From IMG/VR virus record IMGVR_UViG_3300033816_001502: a stretch of 64,000 nt of DNA. One strand, given 5' to 3'. A model generated the notes under the pieces. The model worked only from the letters and a program-made list of their open reading frames with translations. It did no database searches and was not told the origin of the DNA. Both the position numbers and the translations under genes were made by a program. Within the stretch, counting starts at the first letter, position 1, and every line of letters begins with the position of its first letter. This document shows, in pieces, positions 25,879 through 35,738 of the stretch. Source of the DNA: an uncultured virus (IMG/VR IMGVR_UViG_3300033816_001502) (taxonomy: Duplodnaviria > Heunggongvirae > Uroviricota > Caudoviricetes).

Positions 25879-28800
25879 GTGACAACCACCTTGGAATCTT
25901 TTTCTTGCTTGGTTATTTCGATAATATGATCTGCCATATCTTTTATTCCATCCACATGGGTAATCATCAAAATTGTCTTAAAATACCTCTTCAGGCTATT
26001 GAGCAATCTACTACATGCTTCCACTCCAGATTCGTCTAACGTTCCAAATCCTTCGTCAATTATAAACATATCCAATTTTGGAAGAGTTGAAATATTAACT
26101 AAGGCTACTCTAATTGCAATTGATGAGATGGTTTTTTCCATTCCTGAACATAACTCAATTATCCTCCTGCTGTCTCCATAGTTGATGTATATTTCCGTAG
26201 AGTCTGTTTCATCATCATTTTCAAGTTCTACTGTAAAATCTACGATACCTTGTAAGATTTTTGAAATCTCTTGATTGATGACAGGAAGCTGAGTTTTCGT
26301 GATCATTAAAGGAAGACCTTTTTTTGAAAAGGCATCGCATATCATTTCCGTCGATTTCATCTCACGAATCAAACTCTCTCTAGAATCTTTTTCAGATTTC
26401 AATTTTTCTAGATCAGATAAAGCTCTTCCATGCTGAGTCGCTAATCGTATCTTTTCATCGTCATGATCTCTAGCAATACTAGATAATTCTTCTAATTTTG
26501 AACGTAAGGCAACAACCTCATAATTTTCATTATTTTTTAAAGCCTTTTGAATGTCAACTAACTTGGTCTTTGCTTCTTTTAAGTTCTCTAAACAAATCTC
26601 GCAGGAAGATTTGCACTTTTCAATTTCTGTTTCTTTCTTAGAGATTTCCAATTTGATGTTAGACAATAAACCAACAGCTTTTTCATATTTAGAGATTTTT
26701 GAAATTATGGAATTTTTATCTAACAAATTTAAAGAGTTGATTGCCTTGTCAAGAGATGCTTTTATATTGGCTTCTTTTTCTTTTTGATTTTGAAATTTTG
26801 ACTTATCTAAGTGAGCATCTTTGATGAATTTGCACGTGGGGTATTCATCACCACAAGGGACTTCATCCAACAACGCAAGAGATTTTTGTTGTTGTTTTAA
26901 AGTAGCAGTTTCTAACTCGTAAGAATGTTTTAGACTTGTGATAGATTTTTCGATAGAATCTATTGCGGTAAGTTTGGTTTTAAGTTCATCAATGTCTTCA
27001 CTTTCAATAAAAGAATTGACAGTTTCAAGTTTTGAAGTTAAAGATGATATTTCTGCTTTTAATGAATCGATATAAGAAGAGCATTCTTGCGCTTGCTTTT
27101 CTAGCGAAGAAACTTTTTTCTCTTGAGCTTCAAGCTGAATTTTTGTTACTGGCTTTAGATCTTTATGCAAAGACAGTTTGTACTTGACGTCCGTTAGCAA
27201 ATTTTGAGTATCAGATATTTTGATCTGCAGATCTTCAATCTTTTTTTGAAGGTCTATACAAAGATCTTCTCCTTGTTTCTTCAAGGCATCCCAATCTTTT
27301 TCTGGGTAATTCTTTAACCTTGCTTTAAATCCATTTAGCTCTTTGTTGCAATTTTCGTACATTTTATCAAAGACATCTAAATCTAGAAATCTAGACAACA
27401 ATGATCTTCTTTTGGCTGATGATAATGCAATGAATGCGTTGGTTTCTCCTTGCGCAGAAAAAGAAGTCAGCAAGAAGTCATCAGGAGATCCTAACAACGA
27501 TCTAATGATCTTTTCAGTGTCTGTTCTTTGCTCGCCGCCTAGATCTTCTGCTTCATCGTCATTAATCTTAAAAAGGTTAAGAGCTGTTGAAGCACTTACT
27601 CCGCCTTTTTTATTCAGCTGTTTTGTCGTTTGCCTTTCTACAACATAAGATTTACCGTTATGTTCAAATATTGCCCTGGATGAACAGTAAGGCTTTCTTA
27701 CGTTACAAACGTAAATGTTCTTCATGGATCCTCTATCGGTCGTGTTGAATAAAGAATACATGATTGTGCCTATAATCGAAGATTTTCCAATCCTGTTGGG
27801 ACCAAAAATTCCTACTATTCCATTCAAGTTTGAAAAATCTATCTCATTGCCTTCGCCATAAGCAAAAATGTTATCCCATTTCAACTGTTTAAGAGACCAT
27901 GAAGATCCTCTAGCTAAATCATCCGTCGTTGTGACCAAAGAAAGATACTTTTTTACATCATTTTCTACCGCTTCCCAGTTTACGTTAGAATACTTGTTTT
28001 CTTTTGCATAAGAACGCAAAAGAGATAAGATCACTTCATTAGATCTAATATCAGATTTCTCTATTACAACATCTGACGTTGAGATTTTTTTCGTCTCTAC
28101 TTTACAGTCTGTTTTAAAAGTAACTTCCGTTGCTTGAAATGTAGTTTTCAGTTGATTAGAAATCGTCTGAATGTCACCTTGTGACATTGGTACGTTAGAT
28201 CTAATACGAAATCTTGACTGCTTTGGATAAAGCAAAGCTTCGTTGATTAACTTTTCATGATTCTCTTGCCAATCAATCGTTACGTAAGGCTTAACATTAG
28301 GAAGTTGACAAAACTTAACATCCCAGTTGGATGCTGAACCAATATCCCAAAGCAAATATCCATGATCTAACTCTTCTGCGTAGTTTTGCTGAATGGGTGT
28401 ACCTGGAAATCCTATCCAAGGCTTTCCATCTCTGTAGGCTAACATTTGTCGTTTGTGTATGTCACCTAGAAATACAAAGTCATATTCATTGAAAAAATCA
28501 GTGCTGATGCCTTCTGTTATGTCCCATCCTGTTTCCGTTACGCATCCTCTTACTGATCCATGGAAACACGCGATGTTGATCATTCCTGGGACTGGTTTTA
28601 CATCTTTCCAACCTTCTTCGTCAAAGAGACTAAAAACACACCAATTGTATCCAGGAGAAAATTCGTAAGTACCACTTTTCTTGTAGAGCTTTATCCGATC
28701 ATTTTTCATTGCATCAACAATCGGAGAAACTGCGTCTTGCCTAGAAAGATTAGTTAGGTTACCATCATGGTTACCCAATATGATGTGCACCACTGCAACT

Positions 28801-29012
28801 TCAGACATGGCATTTAGCCACCACGTTAGTTGGTTGATGTATTCAGGAGAAATTCCTGATGTTTTTGTATGAAAGATATCACCACCAATGAAGATGTGGT
28901 CGACGCGGCTCTTCTTACAGTCATTTATAAAAGCAGAAAATATCTCTCGATATTCATCATGTCGACTAAGCCCACGCCAGTGCACGTCTGCTGTATGCGC
29001 AATTCGTAGCAT
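25875..29012 (-). CDS. fused Mre11/SbcD nuclease - Rad50/SbcC ATPase (T4 gp47-gp46-like)
   Basis: N-terminal DVH, GGDIFH, GNHD, FHG, GDIH; then GPNRIGKSS (Walker A), coiled coil with a central Cys pair, CSGME signature, IDEGFGTLD, ITH. Confidence 0.92.
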   Translation of the reverse strand: MLRIAHTADVHWRGLSRHDEYREIFSAFINDCKKSRVDHIFIGGDIFHTKTSGISPEYINQLTWWLNAMSEVAVVHIILGNHDGNLTNLSRQDAVSPIVDAMKNDRIKLYKKSGTYEFSPGYNWCVFSLFDEEGWKDVKPVPGMINIACFHGSVRGCVTETGWDITEGISTDFFNEYDFVFLGDIHKRQMLAYRDGKPWIGFPGTPIQQNYAEELDHGYLLWDIGSASNWDVKFCQLPNVKPYVTIDWQENHEKLINEALLYPKQSRFRIRSNVPMSQGDIQTISNQLKTTFQATEVTFKTDCKVETKKISTSDVVIEKSDIRSNEVILSLLRSYAKENKYSNVNWEAVENDVKKYLSLVTTTDDLARGSSWSLKQLKWDNIFAYGEGNEIDFSNLNGIVGIFGPNRIGKSSIIGTIMYSLFNTTDRGSMKNIYVCNVRKPYCSSRAIFEHNGKSYVVERQTTKQLNKKGGVSASTALNLFKINDDEAEDLGGEQRTDTEKIIRSLLGSPDDFLLTSFSAQGETNAFIALSSAKRRSLLSRFLDLDVFDKMYENCNKELNGFKARLKNYPEKDWDALKKQGEDLCIDLQKKIEDLQIKISDTQNLLTDVKYKLSLHKDLKPVTKIQLEAQEKKVSSLEKQAQECSSYIDSLKAEISSLTSKLETVNSFIESEDIDELKTKLTAIDSIEKSITSLKHSYELETATLKQQQKSLALLDEVPCGDEYPTCKFIKDAHLDKSKFQNQKEKEANIKASLDKAINSLNLLDKNSIISKISKYEKAVGLLSNIKLEISKKETEIEKCKSSCEICLENLKEAKTKLVDIQKALKNNENYEVVALRSKLEELSSIARDHDDEKIRLATQHGRALSDLEKLKSEKDSRESLIREMKSTEMICDAFSKKGLPLMITKTQLPVINQEISKILQGIVDFTVELENDDETDSTEIYINYGDSRRIIELCSGMEKTISSIAIRVALVNISTLPKLDMFIIDEGFGTLDESGVEACSRLLNSLKRYFKTILMITHVDGIKDMADHIIEITKQEKDSKVVVT

Positions 29013-29050
29013 TATCTAAATGTAACGTAGATAATGCGTATGTTCATATC

Positions 29051-29965
29051 TCATGCTCCGCTGACAATTTTTCGAACGTCAGCAAATCCTTTTGCTAGTT
29101 CGATACCTTTCACTGTTGTTGCAGTTCCCTCAACGAATCCTAACAATGATGCACCAGCTTTAAGCGCGCCTGCTAATCCTTGAAAAGCAAAATATATCAA
29201 TAAAGCCTTATAGATTAATTCTGCTGTTTTTTGTTCTGACTTCGAAGATTTATATCTTTCGTAAGATAAAACTTCTTTTTCGCCAGCCGTGTGAAATCCT
29301 TTTTCAGCTAAAAACTTATATACGAAATACGAAAGTTTGCTAGGGATTACAAATTTTATAAATTTTTGCTCAAAAGCGTGAGTAACATGTTCAGCTTTTT
29401 CAAAGATTGAAGCTAATTTTTCAGCTTTCAAATAGACAGCCAACTTAGTTAAGCCTTTAAATAACAAAGGTAAACCTCCGATGATCGCTAATCCTACTCC
29501 TACGCCAGCTATTATTCCTGCTTCATGTAAGTTTTTTCTTTGTTCGACGTAAGAATTATCGGACAATACAACATACATTTCTTTTAATTCTTTTGCTTTT
29601 GCGTAGATAGGACCAGATAATTCTTCTTCAGCAGAAGCAAGAGGATTTTCTTTACCGAGAGACTGAGCTAGCTTTAATGTTTCATCTAACTCTATTGATT
29701 CTCCTGTCGACTTCATTCCTTCTTTGAGTGCATTGACGATTGTCAATATCTCTGGAGGGATCGTCTGCATCATGTTTATCTTTTCAGAGATAACGTTTGC
29801 CCACTCGTTTGCCGCTTCCTTAAATCTATTAGTAACTGCAACTGACAATTTTTTTATTGCATCTTTAGCAGAATCTAAAAATCCTTCTTCAAGGAGCTGT
29901 TGAATTGCTATTTCTTCTTGGATTATTTCTCTAATCCTAGCTTCTGTAATTACGTACTTTCTCAC
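29051..29965 (-). CDS. hypothetical protein with MKLT-like N-terminus and hydrophobic segments
   Basis: ITEARIREIIQEEI; GIIAGVGVGLAIIGGLPLLF and ALLIYFAFQGLAGAL. Confidence 0.7.
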   Translation of the reverse strand: MRKYVITEARIREIIQEEIAIQQLLEEGFLDSAKDAIKKLSVAVTNRFKEAANEWANVISEKINMMQTIPPEILTIVNALKEGMKSTGESIELDETLKLAQSLGKENPLASAEEELSGPIYAKAKELKEMYVVLSDNSYVEQRKNLHEAGIIAGVGVGLAIIGGLPLLFKGLTKLAVYLKAEKLASIFEKAEHVTHAFEQKFIKFVIPSKLSYFVYKFLAEKGFHTAGEKEVLSYERYKSSKSEQKTAELIYKALLIYFAFQGLAGALKAGASLLGFVEGTATTVKGIELAKGFADVRKIVSGA

Positions 29966-29980
29966 AATAACTAATTATCA

Positions 29981-30964
29981 CTAAAATGCAAAACTTACTG
30001 CAGTAGCTTTTTTTAACTTTCTACTAAAGTTATCATCCCAGCTCATTGGTTTTGCTTCTTTTAATGCTTCTTCAAATTCAATTTTAGACATGCTACCTGG
30101 GTCTCCCCATGGACGAACATCGACTACGATGACGTCTATATTATATTCCTGCAACTTTTTCGCTATTTTAGGAGTCTTTTTGTCCCACATGTCTCCGTCT
30201 AAAGATAATGCAATTGGTGTGTTGTGTAGTAAGATTTTATTAAAGATTTCGTGTCTCTCGTCAAGATCCGATCCTAATATTGCAGTAGAGTTTTCTGGGC
30301 ACTTTACTAGATCGAATGAACCTTCTACTAGCACCAATCTCTTTGACCAATCTATGTTTAGATCGTTAAAGACGATAGGATTTTTATCTACGTCTGGGCT
30401 ATCATACTTTGGCTTTTTGTCCTTATCGATCGCTCTAGCTACAAAAAAATTTAAATTTCCTTGCGCGTCAAATGAAGGCATGATGATTCTTCTCTTCCAT
30501 CTAGGCTCATCAGAAACTCCTAGTTTGAAGTACCAAGCATCTCTGTCAGTAAGTCCTCGAGAGTACACATAGCGCCAGGCGGCCTTTACGTCAGGATCCA
30601 TACTATTTGCTAACGTCAAAAGCCTAAAATCTTTTGGAAGTTCGAGCTTTTGTTTTTCTTCTTTTTCACCAGTCACTAGCTGAAAAGAGTTGTCAAATAG
30701 CCCAAACAACTCTTTGAATTCTGCTAGTTGATTTTGCGTTCCAAATTTTCTTATTAGGGGAATTACGGTACGAGATTTCCACCCACAAACCCAACAATGA
30801 TTTGCGGTGGTGTCAGTGCGAATAGAAAGTTTCTTTTTCGTTGGATCTGCCGAGGCGCATATTGGACAACGAACATCAAAGTTGATGCCGTTGGAAGATA
30901 TACGTCCCTTACCAAAAACAGATTCAAAAAAATTAATGCTATCAGAGACCGAACGAATGGCCAC
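29981..30964 (-). CDS. DNA primase (Zn finger + TOPRIM)
   Basis: CPIC...HCWVC; RIIMP; VEGSFD; SLDGD. Confidence 0.88.
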   Translation of the reverse strand: MAIRSVSDSINFFESVFGKGRISSNGINFDVRCPICASADPTKKKLSIRTDTTANHCWVCGWKSRTVIPLIRKFGTQNQLAEFKELFGLFDNSFQLVTGEKEEKQKLELPKDFRLLTLANSMDPDVKAAWRYVYSRGLTDRDAWYFKLGVSDEPRWKRRIIMPSFDAQGNLNFFVARAIDKDKKPKYDSPDVDKNPIVFNDLNIDWSKRLVLVEGSFDLVKCPENSTAILGSDLDERHEIFNKILLHNTPIALSLDGDMWDKKTPKIAKKLQEYNIDVIVVDVRPWGDPGSMSKIEFEEALKEAKPMSWDDNFSRKLKKATAVSFAF

Positions 30965-31000
30965 GGTTCAACCGTAACACATTCTAGGCGAGTTGTTCAC
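30965..31000 (-). promoter_or_regulatory. leaderless-type promoter of primase
   Basis: Minus strand GTGAAC-N18-TACGGT-TGAACC-GTG, the same 36-nt layout as the cassette units. Confidence 0.7.
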
Positions 31001-31554
31001 ATGAGGCTGGCTGCTCTTGCAATCACATATGCATCCGTCATGTCTCTTGATGCATCAATAGGTTGACCATTTTTTTTCTTTGGCCAATCAACATGCTTCA
31101 AATCATTTTCAGACATGTGTTTGAAGACTTGTTCCTTGCCATTCATTCCGGCGATGGACGTACGCTGCATCTTTATTCCGCATAATTTTCTGGCGTGCGA
31201 GGATGAGATGTAGGTTGGATCGACCTGAAATATTCTTCTACCGATATAAGAAACTATACCGTTAAACCTCATGAGGGTGGTGATGGTTGTTGCTGATGAC
31301 ATTCCTTTTTGAAATCCTAACAACGGTTCCTCAAGAGCGAATACGACTGGTGTTAGTTTCTGTCGATGGAATATGTCTGACAAAACTGATTCAATAACAT
31401 CAGACTTCTCCCAAAACGTTTTACACTTCTTGAACTCTACTTTGTCGAGGAGAAGGATGTGAGAACCTTTGTCATCAGGTTGAACATCTTTATCTATAAC
31501 GCAAACACCTGTTACTGAAGTTGAAACGTCAAGACCTAAAACAATTTTTGACAC
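30997..31554 (-). CDS. RuvC-like Holliday junction resolvase
   Basis: VLGLDVSTSVTG, ALEE, KEQV, DMTDAYVIA (RNase H fold acidic residues). Confidence 0.8.
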   Translation of the reverse strand: MSKIVLGLDVSTSVTGVCVIDKDVQPDDKGSHILLLDKVEFKKCKTFWEKSDVIESVLSDIFHRQKLTPVVFALEEPLLGFQKGMSSATTITTLMRFNGIVSYIGRRIFQVDPTYISSSHARKLCGIKMQRTSIAGMNGKEQVFKHMSENDLKHVDWPKKKNGQPIDASRDMTDAYVIARAASLM

Positions 31555-31594
31555 ATCTGATTATCATCATCAGGTGACATCAGGTAAAATCTTT

Positions 31595-31987
31595 TTATAA
31601 GATTCCCATATCTTTTAATTCTAATTCAGTAAGAATTAAGAAAGAGGCATTGTTGATCATGCACCACTGTTGTGCCGCTGCCGATTTTTTCTTGACGGCC
31701 GAGGAATCTAACTTCCTTTTTTGTTTGATCTCCACGACGAGTAGATCGCCATTTTTCATCTTCACAAAAAAATCAGGATAGTACTTTCGAATTTTTCCTG
31801 AAGACTTATTAGAGATGTATTTGATAACGATCTTTTCGTAAGACCAAGATTCTACGTTTGGGTCAGCATCTAAATACTCCATGTACTTTTGCTCCCATCC
31901 TGAACGAAACTTACACTCGCCAGCTAGAGGAGAATTATGAGTACCTCTATGATACCTTCCTTTTTTCTTTCTCTTTTTTACTGTCAT
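31595..31987 (-). CDS. head completion nuclease (T4 gp4-like; TnsA N-terminal PD-(D/E)xK fold)
   Basis: FRSGWE, WSYE..I.Y, YYPDF, VEIK, AAQQWC, LTE. Confidence 0.8.
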   Translation of the reverse strand: MTVKKRKKKGRYHRGTHNSPLAGECKFRSGWEQKYMEYLDADPNVESWSYEKIVIKYISNKSSGKIRKYYPDFFVKMKNGDLLVVEIKQKRKLDSSAVKKKSAAAQQWCMINNASFLILTELELKDMGIL

Positions 31988-31999
31988 GAACTAGATCTG

Positions 32000-34495
32000 T
32001 TACCAATCGTATTTCACTCTGAAAGCTATCTTGTCAGAGTGTCGTTTCATGATGGGCTGTGCAAGCTGAGTTTTCATGATCACGTTTAGATTATCATCAT
32101 GAAAATTTATGCCTGAAATATACACAAAGTCAGAGTCATATTCATTAGGATTCAGCGTGGATGGAACCTTCACGAATGTGGGATTTGAAGATGAATTTAA
32201 ATGATTGACTGGTGCTGACATGTCTAACTTCAAAACGTGAATGTTTTGTTCACCTTTAAATGAAACTTCAAAGTTTTCCTTACCAAAGAAATACAAATGC
32301 GGACTCTTTATTGCAATGATTCCTTCATTGTAATAAATGGTTCCCACAGTATTCCACTTGCAAGTAGGTGAATCGCTATCTGCTCTATACAATCCTCCGT
32401 TGCCGTTGTCTCTAATGGTAATCTTCATTTCTCCGTTAGAGCCTGAAAGAGAAACATCTTTTATCATGAAACTGCCGGGTAAAATACTCATCCCATAGTA
32501 CAGATTGCTGATATCAAAGAAAGTTACTTGATTAGAGCTAGAATCTCCTGTTCTTTGATATATCGTCAATGGAGCATTTTCTTGAAGACCTTGTCCTGAT
32601 TGTCCTGCATAAATTGCTTTGTTGGTATTTCTCAAATAATTCTTGTAAGCAGGCCCACCAGACGAAGCGGGATTTTCAGGCGTGACGCCGATCGTCTCTT
32701 TTATGAAGAAATCTGGGTCTTTTTCTGCTTTATTAGTAGATTCAGAATCTTCAAAAGAGGTGTTAAACACTAATGAAGATGTCAAAAGCATGTTATTAAG
32801 GCTGATAAATCCAGGAGTGAAGTTATCTAAATCATCTGAATAGAGGTTTTGCAATTCTTCATTTTTAAGCAAATCGTAATCAGGATAGAAATTTCCATCA
32901 TCACACGGCGTGATCAACAAGTTTCTTTTTCTGACCATGGGTTGATCGTAAAGAAATTCATTCGCTGATCTAGCTGTCGTTGTGCTGTTTAATGCTGATG
33001 CTGAAAGGTGATGTTGCCTAGGAAAGTTGTTGGTGGCAAAATCTTTTAAAAAGTTTTCAGTGTTGATGTAATGGCCTGCCACACCAAATGCCATTGCAAT
33101 GTTGAATGGATCAGCCGTGGTTCCATCGACTTCAATAAAAGGAGTTTGTAGTATTCCTCCCCACGTATTTACGAATTTTCTAACAGGCGTTGCTTCGACA
33201 AAGAAAGGAGGAACATAAAAAGCCACTCTAGAATCAATGCTTGAAGGACCTATCGAGCTAGAAACTTGTAAGTCGGCTTCTGACATATAGTAGTTTTTTA
33301 TTGATAAATCATGGACCTCTGCTCTAAGAGGGTGATTAAAAGCATATTTGTCAGGTTCATCTACGCCCGTCGCTGGATCTAGTTCTAACAGACCTTCTCT
33401 GTTAGACGTGTCTCTTGCAAAAAAACTTTTAAGAGTATTAAATCCACTATTACTTCCTTCGTAATAATTTCCGATGCACAAAACATCTGGATTTGTTGGA
33501 TCAGTTCCGTTGTCTGGAAATACCAACGGAGCTATTGTTCCGGAAGGAACTACAAAGTAACCCTTGTCAACTCCGTCAACATTGAACGAACCTGTACCTG
33601 CATTAATTTCGCTTGTACCCCACCTAACGACTACGTGGTGCCATTTATTAAATGTCAATGCATTGTCCTGAGACTCAAATACTAAATTATTTGGGTAAGA
33701 ACCTTGCGTGGCAATTGATGGAGGAATATCGGCACTGTGACTTAGCTGTAACAGCATCTTAAACCCCAGGGGTCGTCCTCGACCATCTTTTAAGCTACCT
33801 GACACCAAAGACAACGCATACGTTGATGACAGATGAAAAATGGTTCCTGCTTTAAATCCTTCATCTATATTGTTATATCTGGGATTTATGTAAAAATCAA
33901 AACTGATGGCTCCACTTGGCATGTAAGCGCCGTAGGAGTAACCTTCATGGATTGTCCCATTGTCATAGTTGGGGTACAACAGGACCGATGAAGATGGGAT
34001 ACCGGAAGAAGAAAAAAAATTTAAAGAATTATAGTTAACATAAGCCCAGTGAGATGATGGGTATGCACCTCTGTAATAAGAAGATAAGTTCTCTTTTATC
34101 ACCATCTTTCGCACTGTGTTCGAAGTGAAGTTAAAAGAAGGTGTGAATCTTATTACGTCAAGAACTTTTTTCTTCTTTGCAGATACGCCCTGATCATTTA
34201 CGAAATTTAAAAAAGATTCGACTGCATTTTTTACATCTATCGAGCCTGTCGTCGAATTCTTTTTACTTTTTATCTGCTGCTTTATTCCTTGTATCGTCGA
34301 AGCGATGTCAACGTCATTGTGCGTCGCTTCAATGAAGGAAGATAAAGGCGCTGTCTCTTTTTCTATTTTCGATCTGCGCGCAAAAACGTGAACGGATCCC
34401 GTGACGCCACTTGAGCTTGAAGAATAATATCTACTAGGATTAGTGGCGACAGTGATGCTTTGAAAGTCGGTCGGGTTTACTTTGTATATTGACAT
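32000..34495 (-). CDS. putative virion structural (baseplate/tail) protein with LamG-like segment
   Basis: NKWHHVVVRW motif; C-terminal VYISGINFHDDNLNVIMKTQLAQP...FRVKYDW domain shared with 34518..35726. Confidence 0.6.
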   Translation of the reverse strand: MSIYKVNPTDFQSITVATNPSRYYSSSSSGVTGSVHVFARRSKIEKETAPLSSFIEATHNDVDIASTIQGIKQQIKSKKNSTTGSIDVKNAVESFLNFVNDQGVSAKKKKVLDVIRFTPSFNFTSNTVRKMVIKENLSSYYRGAYPSSHWAYVNYNSLNFFSSSGIPSSSVLLYPNYDNGTIHEGYSYGAYMPSGAISFDFYINPRYNNIDEGFKAGTIFHLSSTYALSLVSGSLKDGRGRPLGFKMLLQLSHSADIPPSIATQGSYPNNLVFESQDNALTFNKWHHVVVRWGTSEINAGTGSFNVDGVDKGYFVVPSGTIAPLVFPDNGTDPTNPDVLCIGNYYEGSNSGFNTLKSFFARDTSNREGLLELDPATGVDEPDKYAFNHPLRAEVHDLSIKNYYMSEADLQVSSSIGPSSIDSRVAFYVPPFFVEATPVRKFVNTWGGILQTPFIEVDGTTADPFNIAMAFGVAGHYINTENFLKDFATNNFPRQHHLSASALNSTTTARSANEFLYDQPMVRKRNLLITPCDDGNFYPDYDLLKNEELQNLYSDDLDNFTPGFISLNNMLLTSSLVFNTSFEDSESTNKAEKDPDFFIKETIGVTPENPASSGGPAYKNYLRNTNKAIYAGQSGQGLQENAPLTIYQRTGDSSSNQVTFFDISNLYYGMSILPGSFMIKDVSLSGSNGEMKITIRDNGNGGLYRADSDSPTCKWNTVGTIYYNEGIIAIKSPHLYFFGKENFEVSFKGEQNIHVLKLDMSAPVNHLNSSSNPTFVKVPSTLNPNEYDSDFVYISGINFHDDNLNVIMKTQLAQPIMKRHSDKIAFRVKYDW

Positions 34496-34517
34496 TCACG
34501 CTTCAACTCGTTAAGGA

Positions 34518-35726
34518 TCAGAAATCTAGACGTACTCTAAAGGTCAAGTCTCTTTCTGGACTCTTCTCTACTGGTCTACTTAACTTAGCAACTGCGAGCA
34601 AGTTATCATTCGGATCATAAAGTCCAACCGACGTCACGAAAGTGAAAGTCTGTTGCGTGTCTTCTTGCCCCGAATCAATTACAACTATTCTGTTTTGTGA
34701 ATCTGTAAAAGTAGGATTCGAAGAATAGTTGAACTCATCAGCCGCTGCTCTGCAAAAGACTAACGTGCTGTTAATATTTGTCGTGTTTTGAAAAGTAATT
34801 GCCGTCTGCGATCCCGAACTAAACCTGGTGGCACAAATGTGGTCTACTACGTTGTCAATAGAAGCTGAAACTATAAAGTCAGGAATAAACTTAGAGATTC
34901 CTGATGTTTCAGTCCCAGGTCCACCTAACACGGCCAATCCTGTTGGAGACATGGCGTCAATATTTCCAGACACGAATTGGCTAGCTGATGTGATCTTTTC
35001 TAGATCCATCACGGCAATTCCTCTGTCATAGAACAGCAGACCGACAGTTCTATTCGTGTCAGCGGCATCAACTATGTTGCCTAGTTGACCACCAAACTCA
35101 GTTAGTTTGTTGGTAGAAGCTCCGATATCAGTGTAAATTGACATTCCAATCTCTGATGTTTTATAAAGATTAGGGATGTTAGGAGCTCCGTCGTATCTGC
35201 AAAGAGAAGCTGATTGAAAGAATCTCATTGCAAATGATTCTCTCTTTATCGCATCACGAGCGAATAATCTCTTAAATGCTATAAAGAATGCGGCATCAAT
35301 TTTATCATTCGCACTAACTGATCCATACGGAGCAACAAACTGAGAATTAGCATCTCCTAATAGAAGCTGCGCAAACTGACGATAGTTGTCAAGTTTTTCT
35401 CTCATCATCAATGAAGATGAAGGAAAAATTTCTTTTCCTGCGGAGTCTACTGACGACAAAGAAGACGAAGTAATATCAGAGTTGGGATAAATTCCAACAG
35501 TGCAGTCAAAAACAGGGTTAGCCGTTTGTAACGTAAAATCTTGATCATAGACGGTTTGAAATAACGAAGATGTAATTCCAGGACCAACACCTCCAGTTAC
35601 GAAAACTTGATATTTTCTTCTTGAAGTTGATCCGCTGATGTCTTCTTGAATTACGTCAATCAATTGACTTAAAAAAGAACGAGCAGTTTTTACGTCTGAT
35701 GGATCTAAGTTTTTATAGGTGGCCAT
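34518..35726 (-). CDS. putative virion structural (baseplate/tail) protein
   Basis: C-terminal FNYSSNPTF...FVTSVGLYD..DNLLAVAKLSRP...FRVRLDF. Confidence 0.6.
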   Translation of the reverse strand: MATYKNLDPSDVKTARSFLSQLIDVIQEDISGSTSRRKYQVFVTGGVGPGITSSLFQTVYDQDFTLQTANPVFDCTVGIYPNSDITSSSLSSVDSAGKEIFPSSSLMMREKLDNYRQFAQLLLGDANSQFVAPYGSVSANDKIDAAFFIAFKRLFARDAIKRESFAMRFFQSASLCRYDGAPNIPNLYKTSEIGMSIYTDIGASTNKLTEFGGQLGNIVDAADTNRTVGLLFYDRGIAVMDLEKITSASQFVSGNIDAMSPTGLAVLGGPGTETSGISKFIPDFIVSASIDNVVDHICATRFSSGSQTAITFQNTTNINSTLVFCRAAADEFNYSSNPTFTDSQNRIVVIDSGQEDTQQTFTFVTSVGLYDPNDNLLAVAKLSRPVEKSPERDLTFRVRLDF

Positions 35727-35738
35727 ATATTTCTTTTT

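Noticed and set aside
31595..31987. TnsA-like nuclease as evidence of a Tn7 transposon
   Set aside because: No TnsB/TnsC or terminal repeats; size and context fit a T4 gp4-like head completion protein.
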